From Chiloscyllium plagiosum (Eukaryota), in NCBI RefSeq assembly GCF_004010195.1, contig NC_057718.1, positions 95,769,147 to 95,833,146 of the forward strand: DNA of 64,000 nt, in the 5' to 3' direction. This document shows, piece after piece, positions 61,057-64,000 of the stretch. The translations under genes were made by a program, and so were the position numbers. Position 1 is the stretch's first letter, and the number at the start of each line of letters is the position of its first letter. The notes under the pieces were generated by a model. The model was given only the letters and a program-made list of their open reading frames with translations. It did no database searches and was not told the DNA's origin.

Positions 61057-61192
61057 CAGGTCATTCCTGATGTAAGGCGTTTGCCCAAAACATCAATTTT
61101 CCTGCTCCTCAGATGCTGCATGATCTGCTGTGCTTTTCCAGCACCACTTGAATCTTGACTCTAATCTCCACCATCTGCAGTACCCACTTCGG
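61057..61192 (+). mobile_element. Family B pLTR, degenerate hammerhead
   Basis: cattcctgatgtaaggcgtttgcccaaaacatc; flanks caaagatatcat (61045-61056) / caaagatgtcat (61193-61204). Confidence 0.75.
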
Positions 61193-62421
61193 CAAAGATG
61201 TCATAGAATTGTTACAGCGCCAATGGAAGCCATTTGACTCATACTGATTCCCTGAGCGTTTTAACTCAATGCTAATCCCCTGCTATTTCCCTAAATCGAA
61301 CCTAGAACCATCACACTTTCCCACCCACCATCCCTCCCACAGCATCAAATACTCCCTGACACCAAACTCACCAAGAGGGAGGGCATTACAGTCCGCCCAA
61401 AGACTGGCCTCGTGGTGTGGAATGCTGGCGAGTATTTATCCCAGTATCAGTCAGCGTGGTAGATGCGGAGAGAGGAAAGCATCTTTTTTGAAAGCGTTTT
61501 TTGAAAAGAGAAATGTCACTGTGAATTCAGAAGTAGAAAATCTAACCTACACCTTCGCTGAGAAACCCCCATCAATAGTGTTGAGAAGAAATCCTTGAGG
61601 AAAGGGGGAGCTTGGGACACGAATTGAAGCGATGCTTGAGAAGTGGTGGTCAGTGTGAAATGGAATGTCCAGCAGAGATACCAATTCCGTTGATTTGGAC
61701 TCTCCCCATTGACGAAATAAGGCAAATGAATAGAGTGAATAGGAGATGGAAAGTGAAACAAATTATGACATTAGCAAGCAAAAATAAAATCAAGGGGTTA
61801 GCAATTGTCTACGATTTGTAGATTTATAGTGTGCTTTTTACCCTCCAATATGTGATGGAGTCAGGCTATTACTCAGAACTTATTGGCATAATTATTTACA
61901 ATGATAGTTCATGAAACATATTTTTTGAGAGTTAATTATGTGTTATAAAACACATGCAAAGAGGTGTGGTGGTTTTGTCTGCCTGCGGAGTCTTGTACAG
62001 ATGTTTTCTTTTGCCAACCATAGCTCAGTGTATATCCTTTTCCATTTCAATGGTGTAGCAGCCTTGATTCCCTTGATATATACTTTCCATTATATAATTT
62101 CCATTCATATATTTTTTAAAAATCTAGTGAATCACATATTTTTACTGTGTAAGATAAAGGAAGAAACAGCAACTGATTCACTTCTAATTTTTTAATATGT
62201 TGGTTGATTCCATATTTTTCTGTTCAGTTATTTTTGTATCTGTAGAAATAACAATATGTAAGGTTTATACACATGCTTTACTGACATGCAAAGCCTATCC
62301 AAGATGACATTTCAAAATTGTCGTAAAAACCAATTCCATTTCCATCTTTAGTTTTTCAAATCAGCTTAGTACTTATCTTTCTCTTAATGTTTCAATTCCA
62401 GAACTATTCCTTTGAAGAATT

Positions 62422-62820
62422 TCCCCTCTCACCCTAAACCTATGCCCTCTTTTTTAGACTACCCCACCCCAGGGAAAAGACTTTGCCTATTTACCCTATC
62501 CATGCCCCTCATGATTTTATAAACCTCTATAAGATCATCCCTCAGCCTCCGATGCTCCAGGGAAAACAGCCCCAGCTTATTCAACCTCTCCCTGTAGCTC
62601 AAATCCTCCAACCCCGGCAACATCCTTGTAAATCTTTACTGAACCTTTTCAAGTTTCACAACATCCTTCTGATAAGAAGGAGACCAGAATTGCACGCAAT
62701 ATTCCAAGAGTGGCCTAACCAATGTTTCGTATAGCTGCAATCTGACCTCCAACTCCTATGCTCAATACTCTGACCAATAAAGGAAAACACACTGAACGCC
62801 TTCATCACTATCATATCTAT
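62422..62820 (-). mobile_element. CR1 internal fragment
   Basis: Reverse-complement similarity to 1-350. Confidence 0.88.
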
Positions 62821-62894
62821 GTTTCACTTCAATTCTAGTGAACCCCTTCATAACATTAATGATTGCTATTAGGTCAGCCATTAAGGAATAAGAG

Positions 62895-63305
62895 AACAGT
62901 TATAGCACAGAAAGTGAACACTCAGCCCTTGGTGTCCACGTTGGCTCTCTGCAACAGCACATTAACTGGTGATATTCCTTGCCCTTTCCCCACAGCCTAG
63001 CAGTTTTTGTCTCTTCAAGTGCTGAGCCCATTCCCTTTTGAAAACTGCAATTGAATACTCCTTCGCCATGCTTTTCGGCACTGCATTCCAAATTACAACA
63101 ACTTGTTCCGTACAAAGGTGAGGTTCCTCCTCATGTTGCTTCACCCTATAATCAGTGTCCTCTGGTTCCCATTCCTTCTGCCATGGGGACAGTTTCTGCC
63201 TATCTACCCCTGTCCAGATCTCCTCATGAGTTTGAACACCTTGATCAAACCTCCTCCCAATCTTCTCTACTCCAAGCAGAACAGTCCTATCATCTCCAAT
63301 CCATC
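62895..63305 (-). mobile_element. Degenerate CR1 3' end
   Basis: Minus strand VVVIWNAVPKSMAKEYSIAVFKRE. Confidence 0.65.
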
Positions 63306-63344
63306 TAGAATTATTAATTTTTAAGTTATGAAAGCTAATAGTGA

Positions 63345-64000
63345 AAATTTTATACAAATGGCTTGGATAAAAGGACTGATGGTATGGTGGTTAAAAAATG
63401 CTGTTGACACCAAGATAGGTAGGAAAGTGAGTTGTGAAATGGACATAAGGAGCCGTCAAAGGGATTATGGACATGTGAAGTGAGTAGGAGATGGCGGACA
63501 ATGTGGGAGAGTGTGAAATTGTCCATTTTGGCTGAAGGAATAATAAAAGAAGTATATTGCCTAAACAGTGAGAGCAGAGCTCTGAGATACAGAAGGATCT
63601 GTCTGTCCCAGTGCATTAATCATAGAGGGTTAGTCTGCAGGTACAGCAAATTATCAGGAAAGCTCATAGATTTTCTGGTCAGACCACATTTGGAGTATTG
63701 TGTGTAGCTTTGGGCCCCATGTCTCAGGAAGGATGTACTGGCCCTGGAGTGTGTTCAGAAGAGGTTCACGAGAATGGTCCCAGGAATGAAAAGCTTAAGA
63801 TATGGGGAACATTTGAGGACTCTGGGTCTTTACTCGTTGGAGTTTAGAAGGATGAGGGGGGATCTAATTGAAACATACAGAACACTGAATGGTCTGGACT
63901 GAGTGGATGTTGGGAAGATGTTTCCATAAGTAGGAGAGACTAGGACCCCAGGCATAGCCTTAGAGTAAAGGGAAGACCTTTTAGAATGTCATAAGGAGAA
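63345..64000 (+). mobile_element. CR1 fragments, run off window end
   Basis: LVRPHLEYCV*LWAP, LECVQKRFTRMVPG, RRMRGDLIETYR. Confidence 0.85.

Overview
This is a repeat-saturated vertebrate non-coding region, intronic or intergenic. It is most likely from a shark or other cartilaginous fish, inferred from HE1-type tRNA SINEs that share their 3' tail with HER1/CR1 LINEs. I found no intact host protein-coding gene. The ORF track is mostly LINE fragments, antisense frames, N-gaps and a minisatellite. Contents: many CR1 fragments, about 13 HE1-like SINEs, DeuSINE-like and L2-like remnants, a Rex1/Babar 3' end, Penelope-like (PLE) RT and GIY-YIG fragments, a solo LTR, a Tigger/pogo-type MITE, a decayed intron-containing Harbinger Myb/SANT gene, three tandem repeats and three assembly gaps. 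The most striking signal is a dense set of short PLE pseudo-LTR elements, often foldback, from at least three families. They carry minimal hammerhead-ribozyme cores (CUGANGA-helix II-GAAA-palindromic helix III) with family-specific compensatory changes, and are flanked by 4-16 bp target-site duplications. One has captured a copy of nearby DNA. A 48-bp minisatellite has also expanded in frame inside a dead CR1 endonuclease. Family names come from motif recognition by eye, not database searches, and boundaries are approximate.
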